Below, in pieces: positions 43,518 through 58,276 of a stretch of 64,000 bases of DNA (position 1 is the stretch's first letter; each line of letters begins with the position of its first letter). A model generated the notes under the pieces. It ran no database searches and was not told the DNA's origin. It saw only the letters and a program-made list of their open reading frames with translations. Source of the stretch: the human T2T-CHM13v2.0 reference genome, Homo sapiens; assembly GCF_009914755.1 (NCBI RefSeq), contig NC_060930.1, one strand, 5' to 3'. Position numbers and translations under genes: made by a program.

Positions 43518-44878
43518 ACTACGATAGAGGTGGGAATGGAGGCCAGAGGAGGCAGGAGAGTGGATGAATCTGCAGCCCAGATTCATCTAGAATGGATAAA
43601 TGGAAAGGGATGAAAGGGATGGAAAAAGATGGAAGCCAAGAGAGAAAGAGATCAGAAACATAAATTTTGGAACCATCAGAGTCAAGATAGCCTTTAAAGC
43701 CAGAAGTAGATGAGATCAATGAGGGAGCAATGGTAGACAGAGAGAACCTCTGAGGTCTGCAGGGCTCCAACCTTCAGAGGTTGAGGAGACAAGGAAGGAC
43801 CCCTAAAAAGGGGTCACAGCTAGAGACAGGACATTGAGGGAGAGGGCATCCTAGAAGTCCACACTGCAGAAGATCTGAGGGGAAATGGGAAGAGAGGTCT
43901 GGAGAGAGCAGTGTAGACAGCTCCCCTACAGTGGAGTGTGTGCCTGGGAGTCGGCATCCCAGCTGCAAGGAGAAGCCCCAAACGGTATGGCCATGTTTCT
44001 TTTATCTCTGGGTCTCCCCAACACACAGTAGGTTCTCAATCAAAATCTACTGAGTTGGCATCAGTTAGATGTCCTGTTTATGGCTGAGGCAAAGTCTGGA
44101 GATTTCCCCTACCTCTCAGGCCCTCGCTGCAGGCCTCTGACACTCCAGGGATAGCTGGCAAGCCCACAAGGCCTCCCTGAGGGTCCTTCTCTCTCAGAAA
44201 ATATCAGCACATGTGTCCAGCAGGGCCTTTGATGGCTTCACACAAGAGGAGAGTCATGTGTGCATTCCTGGCTCTCTGGACAAGAAATAAATGTTCAGGC
44301 GGAGAGGGAGAACTTGGCTGAAGTGGAGGAGGGAATTGAAATCACTGAACAAAATAACAGCAACACCAATAACAACCATTTATTGATCTCCTGTTCTGTA
44401 GCAGACGCTAGGACAAATGCAGGGCATTTGTTGACATTGTCTTTCATCTCAGTCCAGTTCAGTCCATCTCCAGTTACCTGGTGAGGGAGGGGCTGCAAAC
44501 CCCACCCTACAATGAGTTACCCTGCTGCCTGAGGCCACATACACAGTAGCTCCAAGGCTGATGTTCCTCAACCACTGTGTGAAGATTTATCATTGAAGAA
44601 AGGAGAGATGGAGGTAGGAATAGCAAAGGCTAAAGACAAAGCTACCCCAAGCAGCAGCATCTCCTTCCATGACTTCAACTCCACTGACACCAGGCTGACC
44701 TGGGCTTTCCCTTTGCCTTTCCCACCATCACCTTTGCTAGCTGGTGGGACTTTCAGGCCAATGGGTTACATGTTTAGAAACAAAATTGGGCAGTGGGCTG
44801 GGGCCAGCAACCACAGAACCTTCCTCCTCAGCCATTGTCATTAAGTAGGCAGAGATTTCCTGACCTTGTCAGTAGCCC

Positions 44879-45239
44879 TCTATTAGTCCATTTTCATGCT
44901 GCCAATAAAGGCATACCCAAGACTGGGTAATTTATTAAGAAAATGAGGTTTAATGGACTCACAGTTCCACATGGCTGGGGAGGCCTCACAGTCATGGCAG
45001 AAGGCGAGAGGCACATCTTACGTGACAGCAGGTAAGAGAGGAAGAGAGCCAAGTGAAAAGGGTTTCCCCTTATAAAATCATCAGATCTCATGAGACTTAT
45101 TCACTACCATGGAACAGTATCAGGGAAACAGCCCCCATGATTCAATTATTTCCCACTGATTCCCTCCCACAACACATGGGAATTATGGGAGCTACAATTC
45201 AAGATGAGATTTGGGTGGGGACACAGCCAAACCATATCA
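44879..45239 (-). mobile_element. THE1 (THE1B-like) solo LTR
   Basis: tattagtccattttcatgctg...ggggacacagccaaaccatatca; 5-bp TSD agccc on both sides. Confidence 0.92.
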
Positions 45240-45474
45240 AGCCCCTCAGCCAACATTTTCATGGTGGCAGCTGCTCATGAAGTGTAATCTAAAAGGACAT
45301 AAAAAACATTCATACACACATACACACACACATACATACATATACACACACAAACATTCATCACACACTCAAAAAATCTCTCCCATTGGCTCACCTCAGC
45401 ACCTGAAATTCTGCCAATTTAAGGTCCTGTGGAGACCAGAGTAGTTGTTATGTTTATCAATATGTGTATACTCA

Positions 45475-46060
<586 letters not shown>

Positions 46061-46599
46061 CTAATTACGTGGCTTAGGAAATTACTCAATCCTCCTATCT
46101 GCATCCTTAAAATGGGAAGAATGACAGTACACATCTTGAAGGGTGATCTTGAGGCTTCAGTGAGGTAATCCATGCAAGGACCTTAGCACAGTTCCCAGAA
46201 TTGAATAAACACACAGTAAATGTTTAATATTATTATTAATATTTAACTGAAGTCTGCGGCCTGTTTCCACCATCAGCTCCTCCAGCCATGAGTTGGAGTC
46301 TGCCAAGGATTTTAGAGTTCATTGATTCTCTGGATGTGAATCATTGTAAACAGATAGATTGGTGTCTTCTGTTTGGAGACAATATCTCCCCTTCTTCCAA
46401 TGGCAGAACATCTGGTGACTTCCCAGGAGATAAAAGGGTGGAGTACAATAAAGGCCAGAAACCTGGTTCTCCCTGAGGGAGCAGAATGAGAGGAATAGGT
46501 CCCGGTGGCATATGCTGCTTTCCTTGACCTTGGCACCTGTTCCAAGCTGGCAGAGTGCAGAGGAGGGAGCACTGGGGACACAGAAATTGGTGTAACTCC

Positions 46600-47110
46600 T
46601 ACAGACAGCAATGTGCTCATAGCTCAAAATTTTAAACGCGTGTCCCCTTGACCCTAAATTTTGGTTTCTAGGATTTTTTTTTTTACAGATATGCCCCCAC
46701 ATACAAAATGATGTAAATGCAAAGTTATTCACTGCAGGATTTGTTATGACACAGAGACTGGGAAAAAAATCTAAATGTTCACACTTTACTGAATATATTA
46801 TGGTCCATCCATACAATGGAATATTATGCAACAGTGGAAAACTGTGAAGAAATGTCTATAAACTGATTATGAAAAGATCTCCAAGATCCATTGTTAAGTA
46901 AAACAGCAGGGTCCAGAAGAATGTAGAAAAAGTGAGAAAAAGTAATATGTATTCAATATGCATAGACTATATATTCAATATGTATAGAATAACACCAAAA
47001 GAAAACTCAAGAGATGATAATATTGGTCTCTGAAGAAGGGATCCAAGAAGCCAAAAGACAAGATAGTCACTGACTTTTCTTTCATATATTTTGAATTTTA
47101 AAATGCTGAA
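46600..47110 (+). mobile_element. L1ME-like fragment
   Basis: atggtccatccatacaatggaatattatgca...gaaaagatctccaaga. Confidence 0.7.
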
Positions 47111-47334
47111 GACAACTAAATTTTGTTTACAAGCACGGGACTTGGAGTCAGACAGACCCAGGTTCAAAACCCAGATCCACTGGCTATGTGATGTTGGGCA
47201 GGTCACTTCAGATCACTTTAATCTCTTTGAGCTTTGTTTCCCATTTGTAAAACAAGGATGAGAATAATACCTATATCACAGGGTGGTTGTGAGCATTCAC
47301 TGAGATGGTATTTTTAAAAATATCCTATGTGGAG

Positions 47335-47497
47335 ACAGGCATGGTGGCTCACACCTATAATCTCAGTGACTCAAGAGGCTGAGGCAGGAGGATCGCTTAA
47401 GCCCAGGAGCTCGAGGTTGCAGTGAGCCAAGATCACACCACTGCACTCCAACATGGGCAACAGAGTGAGGCTGCCTAAAATAGAAAACAAAACAAAA
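47335..47497 (+). mobile_element. Alu monomer (FRAM/FAM-like)
   Basis: Single arm gaggctgaggcaggaggatcgctt...ccactgcactcca with A-rich tail. Confidence 0.85.
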
Positions 47498-48279
47498 TGG
47501 GGAGGTAGCTACAGCAAAGATGACTTTTAATAAATTTTTGATGAATCTGCATTTATTCCCTTCTATATGCCCAGGAGAGCATTATAAGGTAAGGTTCAGG
47601 ATTGCCAGTAGATGGAATAAAGAGAAATGAAAGTAAATATCTATCTTACAAGGAGTGGAGGGTGGCAGGTCCCTCAGTGCATGTGTGCTGAGGAATTCGC
47701 ATCACTCACATGTGCTGAAGAGTCCATCCAGCTCACCGTTTATAATGCCAGGGTTTGCGGGGGGCAGTCCCCATCACCAGGTCATTGGATCCTCACTGAG
47801 GACCCTATGACATGAACAAGCTGGAGACTCCTGGTGCCATTTTACAGATAAGCTCTCCCAGGGAGCTGCATGATGGGCCTAATGTTATTAATCGAACAGA
47901 CATGAGTGGAGAGGCAGTAGGTCAGTGTGAAGTGAGCATAGGTTCTGGGAAGAAAACAAGTTCTGGTTGGCCATTTAACTGTGCTGAGCCTCAGCTCCTG
48001 CAGCCACAAAAGGGAGATCATAACACCAGCTGCAAAATGTTGTGTGAATCAGAGCTTCAGGCACTGTGACCAAGACACGGGAAAGCTCAGTCAATGGAAG
48101 CTATGATTATTTGTGTGGGATTATGATTGGAGGAAGGCAGTGGGGCTGTGTGCCCCCAAAAGTGCCTTAACCACTCAAAAACAGAATCTCTGCCATGAAG
48201 GAGTTCACAGTCTAATAAGAGAAAGAGACAGATCATCTCTATTCAATAAAGTTCCCCCTAAATAAAAATATGGTTTACA

Positions 48280-48989
48280 TCAGTTAGAATGACGATCATT
48301 AAAAAGTCAGGAAATAACAGGTGCTAGAGAGGATGTGGAGAAATAGGAACACTTTTACACTGTTGGTGGGACTGTAAACTAGTTCAACCATTGTAGAAGA
48401 CAATGTGGCGATTCCTCAAGAATCTAGAACTAGAAATACCATTTGACCCAGCCATCCCATTACTGGGTATATACCCAAAGGATTATAAATCATGCTGCTA
48501 TAAAGACACATGCACACGTATGTTTATTGCGGCACTATTCACAATAGCAGACTTTGAACCAACCCAAATGTCCATCAATGATAGACTGGATTAAGAAAAT
48601 GTGGCATATATACACCATGGAATACTATGCAGCCATAAAAAAGGATGAGTTCATGTCCTTTGCAGGGACATGGATGAAGCTGGAAACCATCATTCTCAGC
48701 AAACTATCGCAAGGACAGAAAACCAAACACCGCATATTCTCACTCATAGGTGAGAATTGAACAATGAGAACACTTGGATACAGGAAGGGGAACATCACAC
48801 ACCGGGGCCTGTCATGGGGTGGGGAGCGGGGAGGGACAGCATTAGGAGATATACCTAATGTAAATGATGAGTTAATGGGTGCAGCACACCAACATGGCGC
48901 ATGTATACATATGTAACAAACCTGCACGTTGTGCAGGTGTACCCTAGAACTTAAAGTATAATAAAAAAAAAAGAAAAGAATGTTCAAAA
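48280..48989 (+). mobile_element. 5'-truncated L1PA4/5-like element
   Basis: ORF2 end (WRFLKNLELEIPFDPAIPLLGIYPK), 3' UTR, poly(A); TSD aaaaata(t/c)ggtttaca at 48264-48279 and 48990-49005. Confidence 0.93.
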
Positions 48990-50819
48990 AAAAATACGGT
49001 TTACACAAGTGTATTCCTGTATATCATGGTCTCATTATAGGTGTAGTGCCAGGTGTTCCCATCGGCCATGATTAAAAATATCAAGAGGTGGGTGTCAAGG
49101 AGTGGAAGGGTGGGAAGGCCGGAAGCAAAGCAGAGAAGTTTGCAAAGATCCCTGCAACGATAAATGAAGATGGGGAGGAGTCAAATGGGGCCTCCAAGGA
49201 GCTTCCTTTGCGAGGCATTGGTGAGGAGGGAGTGCAGTGAGCTGTGTACGAGAGGCTGAAGCAGGGACCTGGGCCTAGGGCACCACAGCAAGCATCTTAG
49301 GGAGGGGGCTGACAACTGCAGCCCCAGGTGTGCTGATAACATCACATGCTAGTCCTACTTTCCTACTTTATTTTTCTTGCGAACCTTAATTATTCCAGAG
49401 ACTGAGTCAACAAACAACCCTGAATCATAAAGTCAAAAGGCCTTCACAAAAGGATGCTGATATTAGCACATTGTGAACTTACTCTGTTGGGAATGCGATC
49501 TTTCAGAACAACCCAGGAGCAGGGTACTATTTTCATCCCACCCTTCTACAGACGAGGAAGCAGACTCAGAAAGATTCATTCATGTCTGAGGTCACACAGC
49601 CAGCCAGGGGCGAAGCCAGGATTCAAGCCAGGTGTGTCTGATGAAAACACTCCTGCTCTTCCTCACTTCACTGTAGGTTTTGAACATACTTTTTTTGCTG
49701 CTGTGAAGGAAAATAAATGCAGATGTGGCAGCAGTAGTATATGAATCTATGCATGTGATAAAACGTCATAGAATTATGTACAAGGCATACTAAAAAAAAA
49801 TGAGTACTTGCAAAAACTGGGGAAATCCGAGGAAGATCTATGATCTAGTTAATTGCATTGTGCCAGTGTTTGTTTTCTGGTTTTGATAATGCACTGTAAT
49901 TAGTCAGATGTCACCTTTAGGGCAAGCTGGGAGATGAGTCTACAGAAGCTCTCTTTTTGCAATTTCTTGTGAGTCTATGCTTTTTTCGAAGTAGAAATCT
50001 GGAAAAAATACATGTAGAAATCTCCTGTTGAAAATACAAACAGGGCCAGAGTAGGACCAAGGAGACTCAACAGCTCCTAGTAAGTAAAGAACAGCACCAG
50101 GGCATTACCAGGGCAGTAGGAGCCTTCATTCCAAACGTTAAGAATTACAAAATGATACAGCTGCCCCCTTACTTACAGGACTCTTGTATAGCTTTATTTT
50201 AGGGTAACCCAAGTTTTCCAGATTCACCTGGCTACAGGGGGGGCTCACCTTTACAGATATCACTCATGTTTCACCAATCTTTCCCCTCCTTGCTATGACA
50301 GAGCTTCCAGCCCACCCCAAACCTCACCCACCCAGTCACTGCTGGGGCCCTCTGGAGGTGTCTCACACAAGCCTACTGGCCAGATGCTGTAGTCTGCTGC
50401 TCACCTGCTACCCTGTCTGCAGGTGCCCTCTGTGCCCAGAAATTCCAGGGTGTTGCGTCAGCAGGGCCCCTGTGCCAGGCACAGAGGTGACTAGGGTCTG
50501 TGCCCAAGAATGGCCTCTGGATCTTAGCAAACCCCAACCCAATTCCACTGGACTCCCCTGGCCTGAAGCTTCTCTGCATTCCACACAGAAAGTGGGTGGA
50601 TGCCCACTGAAGGTCAATCTTGATTGCCTGGCACCAAAGCAGGGCAGCATATGTCCAACAGAGCCCTCATGAAAACTGCTCCCAAATCCTCCACTCTGAG
50701 GTTTAGAGATGTGTGCAAGGTTTTGAAACACAAATGCAGTTACAGTAAGAGCTAACATTTACTGAGCATTTACTATGTGCCAGACCAAGCAATTCACATG
50801 GGTAAACTTGTCTAATTCT

Positions 50820-51297
50820 GATAGATAGGTAAGCTGCTGCCACAAAGAGACCCATCAATAATAACCCAGTGGCTTAAAGAAGATAGAAATGTAGTTCTCT
50901 CTCACATAATCTGAGGGAGTCCCCCTGGTCAGCAGCAGCTTTGCTTCAGGCAGAGTCCACGGCCCAGGTTCTTTCCATCTTGTTTCTCTGCCATCCCCCA
51001 AAACGTCCTCAGCCTCATGGTGGCAGCTGGGTCATTGCCATGCCTGTTTGCAGACCAGGAGGAGAGAGGCAGCAGGCACGAGGCATGCTGATCGCCCCAC
51101 ATCACTGGGCCTGGGACTCTCATGCACCACTCCACTCACATTCTGCTAATGAGAACATTCTGCAGGTGAGAACTTAGTTACACAGGCTCACCTAACTGTA
51201 GGGAGTCTGGGGAGATGGGGATATGTGTGCCCGAGCAATTCTTTTACAGTGAAAGAAGAGAAAATGTGTTCTGGTGGACCATTGTCCCTCCACCACA
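50820..51297 (-). mobile_element. MLT1J/K-like LTR
   Basis: gataggtaagctgctg...cagtggcttaaa...acctaactgtagggagtctggg. Confidence 0.65.
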
Positions 51298-51827
51298 CTT
51301 CCTCACAGGTATGACCAAAGATGTTCAGAATGGTTAAATGCTTGCCCTAGGTAAAAACTATCTAATCTGATAAGTTAATTTTAACCAGTGAAGTAGACCT
51401 GGACCCCTTTCAGATAAAATATGCGTTTTGTGTGTTTTAATAGGGATCCAATGGAGATGCAAAACTTAACCCAGAAGCATAGCTCTAGCGGGAGATACAG
51501 GGTCGGGGGTTTGGCAGGGCTTTTTGAGTGGCATCATAGTCCGGGCTTTAGAACGGGGAGTCTTGAATGAGTCCAGGTCCTTCATATGGGAAAACCACTA
51601 AAAATCTCAGCCCTCAGCTCTGAGACAGAATCCAGGGTGATAATGGATGTGGCACAGCTAGTGAGCTGCAAGTGGCTGTCACATGTAGGGGGTTATTTTT
51701 TATCTAAGGGGATCTGCACATCCCACCACCAAAGCTGCCTTTTGGGAAGGTAACAGGTGACCCTGTCCAAGGTCTGGGCTGAGGATGAACAAGTTTCCAA
51801 AGGTGAGCTGCAAGGAGCTTGACAGGA

Positions 51828-51905
51828 GTGTGTGTGTGTATCTGTGTGCATGTTTGTGTTCGTGTGCACACATTTGTGTGCATGTGTGTGTATATGTGCA
51901 AATGC
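51828..51905 (+). repeat. Degenerate (TG)n tract
   Basis: gtgtgtgtgtgtatctgtgtgcatgt...; a similar degenerate (CA)n lies at 45310-45370. Confidence 0.85.
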
Positions 51906-52904
51906 ACACGAGCAGCTTCAGCCAGCTGAGCAGCCAGTCATTTATTCATATGGATGACTTGATTTTTGATTGAGTTAACAAGTACTTATTAAACACAGTT
52001 TTGCAAAGGCCTGCAGTAAATTGGAAGCTATACAGGAACCCTATAAGTTTTTACAACCCTGCATTCTTCAAATATTGGAATAATATAAAAGATAAGTAGG
52101 GAGTAAGAGGAAGGAAGAGCAAACACTAGAGAAGGAGGAGCCATGGGAAAGTGGGTTAGAAGAGAAGGAGGAGGGTTGGTTGTCCTTCTGGTTTCGAAGC
52201 ACCAGTGGGTCCATTCACCAATGAATACAAACCAACCTATTGTGCAAATTATTAAACTACATCATCTGTCCTAGTCTGAGCTAATATTCACTACAATGGC
52301 TCATGTTGCTGAGTGCTTACTAAGCTCCAGGCACTATACTAAGTGTTTTATATATTCTATCTCATTTAACCCTGACTACCCTGAGGACTGGCACTATTAT
52401 TGTGGCTCTGTTATTAGCCTATTTTATGGGTGCAGAAATGAAGGCAGACAGATGTTAAGCAACTGACTCAAGGTCACACAGCTAGTAAACTGCAGACTCA
52501 GGCCTGTCTGATTCCTAACCTAACCACCATGTCTAACACTTGTTGCCCATAGGCCTCAGTCTCCTCGTTTGTGAAATGGAACCACTACATCCAGCTTTGC
52601 TTGCCCTATGGGCTGTTGCAAGGATCCACTGAGAAGTGATTGCCAAGGTGCACTGTGAACTTACAAAACCTAATGTAAAAGAATCAAACCACATTGCTCC
52701 AAGTTTTGCTAAGATGAATCTACCTTAGGATCATCTAGAGAATAAAACAGTTACTAGCAACCAAGATTAAATTAAGCCTCCTCTGTTTGGAAACAACTTT
52801 AGAGGAAGGATGTTGTTGATTTGCCTGGCAGAGAATGGTTCCAAGCCTAAGAGCTCACAGTTGTTTTTATCCCAACCGCCTTATCAGAATATTTAGGAAT
52901 CAAT

Positions 52905-53212
52905 AATGTAGTGGCATGCTCTGAGGATTCTCAAGAAGTCCTATGGCGAGCCCCACATGCAGAAAAACTAAAAACCCCTGGTCAATAATCAACACCAACT
53001 TGCCAGCCATTGACTGGGTCACTGTGGAAGTGGATCCTCCAGCCCCAGTCAAACCTTCAGATGACTGCTGCCTCATGGAGTCCCTGAACCAGGAACTGCT
53101 CCTGACTCCTTGAGCCACAGACACAGTGAGAGATTATAAATGACTACTGTGTGAGGCCACTAAGTTGGAGGGGTTGGTAATTTGTAATACAGCAATAGAT
53201 AATTCATACAGC
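52905..53212 (+). mobile_element. MLT1G/H-like LTR fragment
   Basis: ggaagtggatcctccagccccagtcaa...aatttgtaatacagcaatagataat. Confidence 0.7.
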
Positions 53213-53473
53213 ACCTATGATACCTTGTGACTTAAGTACAAGGTTATTGGGTATTAACCAAAATTCTAGTTTTCAAGCAAGAGAAACTATTCTGGTACAT
53301 GTAAGCCAAAGGGGAATTTTCAGGGAGGGCGTCAGGGCTCATCAAATCCAAGAAAAGACTGGAGACTCAAGTGTAGGATCCTCTGGCAACAGAACTCCAG
53401 CTCCAGTTCAGGGAGAGGAACAGCCAGGTTTCCACACCTCCATGGCTCCAGAGAGCCACTAATCATTCCACAC

Positions 53474-53852
53474 ATCTTGATTTAGTCCGTTCAGACTGCC
53501 ATAAAGAATACCAAAGACTGGGTGGCTCAAACAGCAAACATTTGGTTCTCACAGTTCTGGAGGATGGGAAGTCCAAGATCAAGGTTCTGACAGATATGGT
53601 GGCTGGTGAGGGCCCTTTTCCTGGTTCTCAGACCACCATCTTCTCATTGTATGCTCATGTGGTAAGAAGCAGAGAGAAAAGAAGCAAGTTCTCCTGTGTC
53701 TCTTCTTATAAGGGCACTAATGCCATTCATGAAGGCTCCACCTTCATGACCTAATTACCTCCCAAAGGCCCCACTTCTGAATAGCATCTTATTGAGGGTT
53801 AGGATTTTAACAAATGAATTTTGGGGGCACACAAACATTCAATCCATAGCAC
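53474..53852 (-). mobile_element. MLT1A-like LTR
   Basis: ttagtccgttcagactgccataa...acattcaatccatagca. Confidence 0.85.
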
Positions 53853-56152
53853 AACCTCCGTGTACTCACTGAGGATTCAGTGTCTAGAGTGACAGAGACA
53901 TTGATCATGTTCCAGCCCCCTGACTGCACCAAGGGTGAGAGAAAGCATCTGCCCCTTGGTATTATTTCCCTCTGAGACAAATCCCACTAGGGAAAGATGA
54001 TTCTTGAAAGCAAGTCATGGTGCTTTTAGAGAAGGGGATGGGATGCTCTGCAGCCAACATCAATAAATGCCCAGCCAGTGGTCATTAGATGGTGTTACAA
54101 AGAAGAAGGCCTTGAATAATACTGAACCAGGCTACGTGTAGGCTGTGGGCTTTATAGTCATTAATCCTCACAATAATCTTAAAAGGAGGATGATATTATC
54201 CCCGTCATCCAGACAAGGAGGCAGAACCTCAGATACATTAAGTAACTTGCCAGAATCCACGTGGAAAGTGATGAAGCTGGCTTCTAAGTTAAAGTCTATG
54301 GGGTTCCAGAGTCCTTACTTGTCCCACATAACCAGGCTTCCAAGAAGGGCCTCAAGGGAATGGAACCACATTCTTGCTTTGATGAAGTCAAATAAATTAA
54401 AAAGAGTTTATTAAGGGAAAGAGACAGAGACTGAAGTAAAGGGTTCACCTGATCTTCTCCCAAGGAAGAATGTGCCTGAGTCATATCTGACTGGCTTGAC
54501 CCAGAAAGAAGAGGGTAGTCACAGGCAGAAAGGAAGGACAACACAGGCACACAGAGACGGGCGGTCTCCAGAACTCAAAACTTCCCAAGGGTTTACACCC
54601 TGTGTACTGAACATGGTCCGCTTCTGCCACCTAGCCACAGATGGTCTCCTCAGCCACAGCACAAGAAGCCCAACTGTGGTGAAAGCCTGTGGGTGGGTAT
54701 GCAGCAAGCACAAGCCACATGTAAAGGCTTTCCTGGTAAATTTCCAAGATGACCAATGCCACTGAGTCCTCTTCTCTGTCATGTGCCTTCTTCATATTTA
54801 TCCGAGATTCCCAGGGACAGGATGGCCAGCTCCTCCTTTAGATTAGGGAGGGTGGGTCCTTCCCCACCCCCATCTATACTCTCTGCCCCACTAAAGAACT
54901 TTTCTATAATCCCATCTTCACCATACTCAGCATTTGCCAAATATTATTCTTCATTTTCTAATTGTGTCTTTTCTAGTTTGTTTGGAAATGAAATCTGGTT
55001 TCACCTGAAGGTTGAGAGCTAATATGAAGCATATTCCTGCCCTTGGGCTAATATCTTTATGACATCATGACACTAACCAGCTAGAACTGACTTAGTTTTT
55101 GTTGGCCAGAAGCCATAACATCTCTGCCAACAAGAAACTAGCATAGGCTGGATTAAAGTCAGCATGAGAAAGATTACCTGAAGATAAGAAAATAAATGAA
55201 GGCCCACCATGCTTCTAAGCACATAGTAAATAGTCAAATATGTGCAGAGGAGATGCATAAACATATCTGTGCAAGGCTTTCAAAAGGATCAGGAAGACAG
55301 GTCTCACAAAAAAAGCATTTCCAGGCTTTGTATTTTACAGACCAATATTTTTGTGTTTTGTTTTTTATTTTGGGGAGGAAAATCCACACAGGATTATTAT
55401 CTTTTTACTTTACCAAGTAGAGACATTTTAATAAAGCTTTACCATCCTTTCATAAGATAATAGACCTGTTAACACAAGCCAAGTATGAAGTATAATCACA
55501 GAATAAAGGACAGTCTTTCCAGGGAAAAATCATCGGCACACTGGATACGGGTCTTTGTTTTACACTATATAGTCCCTCTCTGGCTAGTTTAAGCACAAAC
55601 AATATATTATGGAGCCCAGATAGATAGTTCACAAATCACTGGAAAGGCTGTAGGGATATACTCCAAGTTGAATTCCATATTAACACCCCAAACTATGCCA
55701 CGTAACTTACCACTGAGGGAGCTGCTGCCACAGCCGCTGACCACTCTAGCTCCTCAAAATGAGCACCAGCTCTGTGCCCTGTTCAGCTCCCTCCATTATT
55801 CCAAATTACCCCTCCATATTCCAAATCAAAGTCCTGCATGAGTCCCAGCTGATTGGCTGAACCTAAGCATATCTAGATCCCCATCTGCCAAGGAGTCTGG
55901 GAAACGTAGTTTTAGTTTTCAGCCTCTGCAGTACAGGGAGGCACAGGGGCTGGAGAAGGCATGGAGTGAACCAGTTAGCCACTGTTGGTGAGCTTTTTGT
56001 CAGACCACAGCACTTCTAAAACATGTCAAGGTCTAAGCCTGGGTTACAGAATCACATTTGGGTGTACTGGCATGAGAGCCATCCTAAGGAATGTGTGCAG
56101 TCACGCTTTATTGAGAAGATTCTGAAGGTCAGTGGTCTTACACAGGCACCTT

Positions 56153-56449
56153 ATCAAGGTTCTGACAGATATGGTGTCTAGTGAGGGCCCTCTTCCTGGT
56201 TCTCAGACCACCATCTTCTCATTGTGTGCGCCCATGTGATAAAAAGCAGACAGAAAGGAAGCAAGCTCTCCTGTGTCTCTTCTTATAAGGGTGCTAATGC
56301 CATTCATGAGGGCTCCACCTTCATGACCTAATTACCTCCTAAAGGCCCCACTTCCTAATACCATCTTATTGAGGGTTAGGATTTTAACATATGAATTTTA
56401 GGGGCATAGAAACATTCAATCCATAGTACATCCTCAGTCTACTCTGCTG
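56153..56449 (-). repeat. Local duplicate of 53578-53870 (partial MLT1A plus flank)
   Basis: Direct alignment by eye, roughly 90% identical, running beyond the LTR end. Confidence 0.85.
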
Positions 56450-56848
56450 CCAGAACCTTGATATGGCACCTACTGAGTGAATGGCTGTTCTTAAGAAGGG
56501 AATTTGCTGCCTGAGGCTACAGCATGACCACACTCTGACTGTAGTAGACATCTGTCATATTTGTGGCTTCTCATCAACTTTTGAGTAGCTTTCCCGTATC
56601 TGGGGATATTCTCATGTAATAAGTCTCATCTCCCTAATATTGAAGTCAGAGATCGAGTCAGAGTTCAGAGCGTTCAGGTGTCTTTGCAGCTAAGATTCAG
56701 GGATGTGGTCTGAGCTCTCACAACCCAAGGCCTCCACTAGAGATTTGATTCAGAAGTGAGTAGCATAAAGAGCAGGCAGTGCACGGAGCTTCTGTTTTTG
56801 CTGGCATGGAAGGCAGCAGAGGCCTTAGCTTTCAGAAGTGGTGGTGAG

Positions 56849-57337
<489 letters not shown>

Positions 57338-57791
57338 CTATTTCTCCACCCTCCAAATGATTGTTTGTCCTTCAGTTTCCTTTATTAAATCCCATCTGCC
57401 TCAACTAGCCAGAGTGAATCCTGTTGTCAGCAACCAACAACCCACTTGATGTGCTAGATAAGCCAGGAACACTGACCCTGAATCTACTGCCTCTACACCA
57501 GGCTGCAGTGTGAACCATTTCTGCAACAGAGAGTATCGGCCTGAACCTCATCTCCCATTGCCTTCTTGAGTCAGGTACAAAGAAGGATGGGAGGAAAGCG
57601 TACTTCCTTCTGACTCCCAGCTTTCCAGGAGCTCCTACAGAACAAGAATGTTTCTTCTTCACTGGATTGTTATCACCAACAATTTGTGCAGGGCTTAGCA
57701 CAGAGTAGGTATTCAGCAAATGTTTGACGAATTAATAAATAAGTGAATGGTAAAAACACTATAAAGTTATACCCAGCTGGATTCCTAACCC

Positions 57792-58276
57792 AGATCTGTG
57801 CTGTCCATTAACAGTACCCACTAGCCACACATGGCCACTAAACAACTGAAATGTGGCTAGTGCAATTGAGGAACTGAATTTTTATTTTATTTCAGTGAAC
57901 TAAAATTTAAAAACTGATACCTAATCCCATTTTTGGAAAACTTTTGGCTCATTTGTGTATGTAAATGTACATTTTAGCTATAAATTGTATAAAAGCTGAA
58001 TACAGATGAAATCTTTCCAATGAAAAATTAGCATACAAATTGAGATGTGGTGTAATTGCAAAGTATACACCAGATTCCAAATAATATAAAAAAGAATGTA
58101 AAATATACTATTAATGTTATATTGATTACATGTGGAAATAATATTCTGAATATATTAGGTTAAATGAAACATTAAAGTTGACTTCACCTATTTCTATTTA
58201 CAATTTTTGATGTGACTACTAGAAAGTGTAAAATTATATATGTGGCTTTCATTGAATTTCTGTTAGCACAGATCTG
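57792..58276. mobile_element. hAT-Charlie element (MER33/Charlie5-like)
   Basis: Inverted ends cagatctgtgct / agcacagatctg; actagccacacatggccact...aaatgtggctagtg. Confidence 0.75.

Noticed and set aside
55140-55320. Shared 9-11-mers with 19560 and 20130-20255
   Set aside because: Number and length are expected by chance across a 64-kb two-strand comparison.
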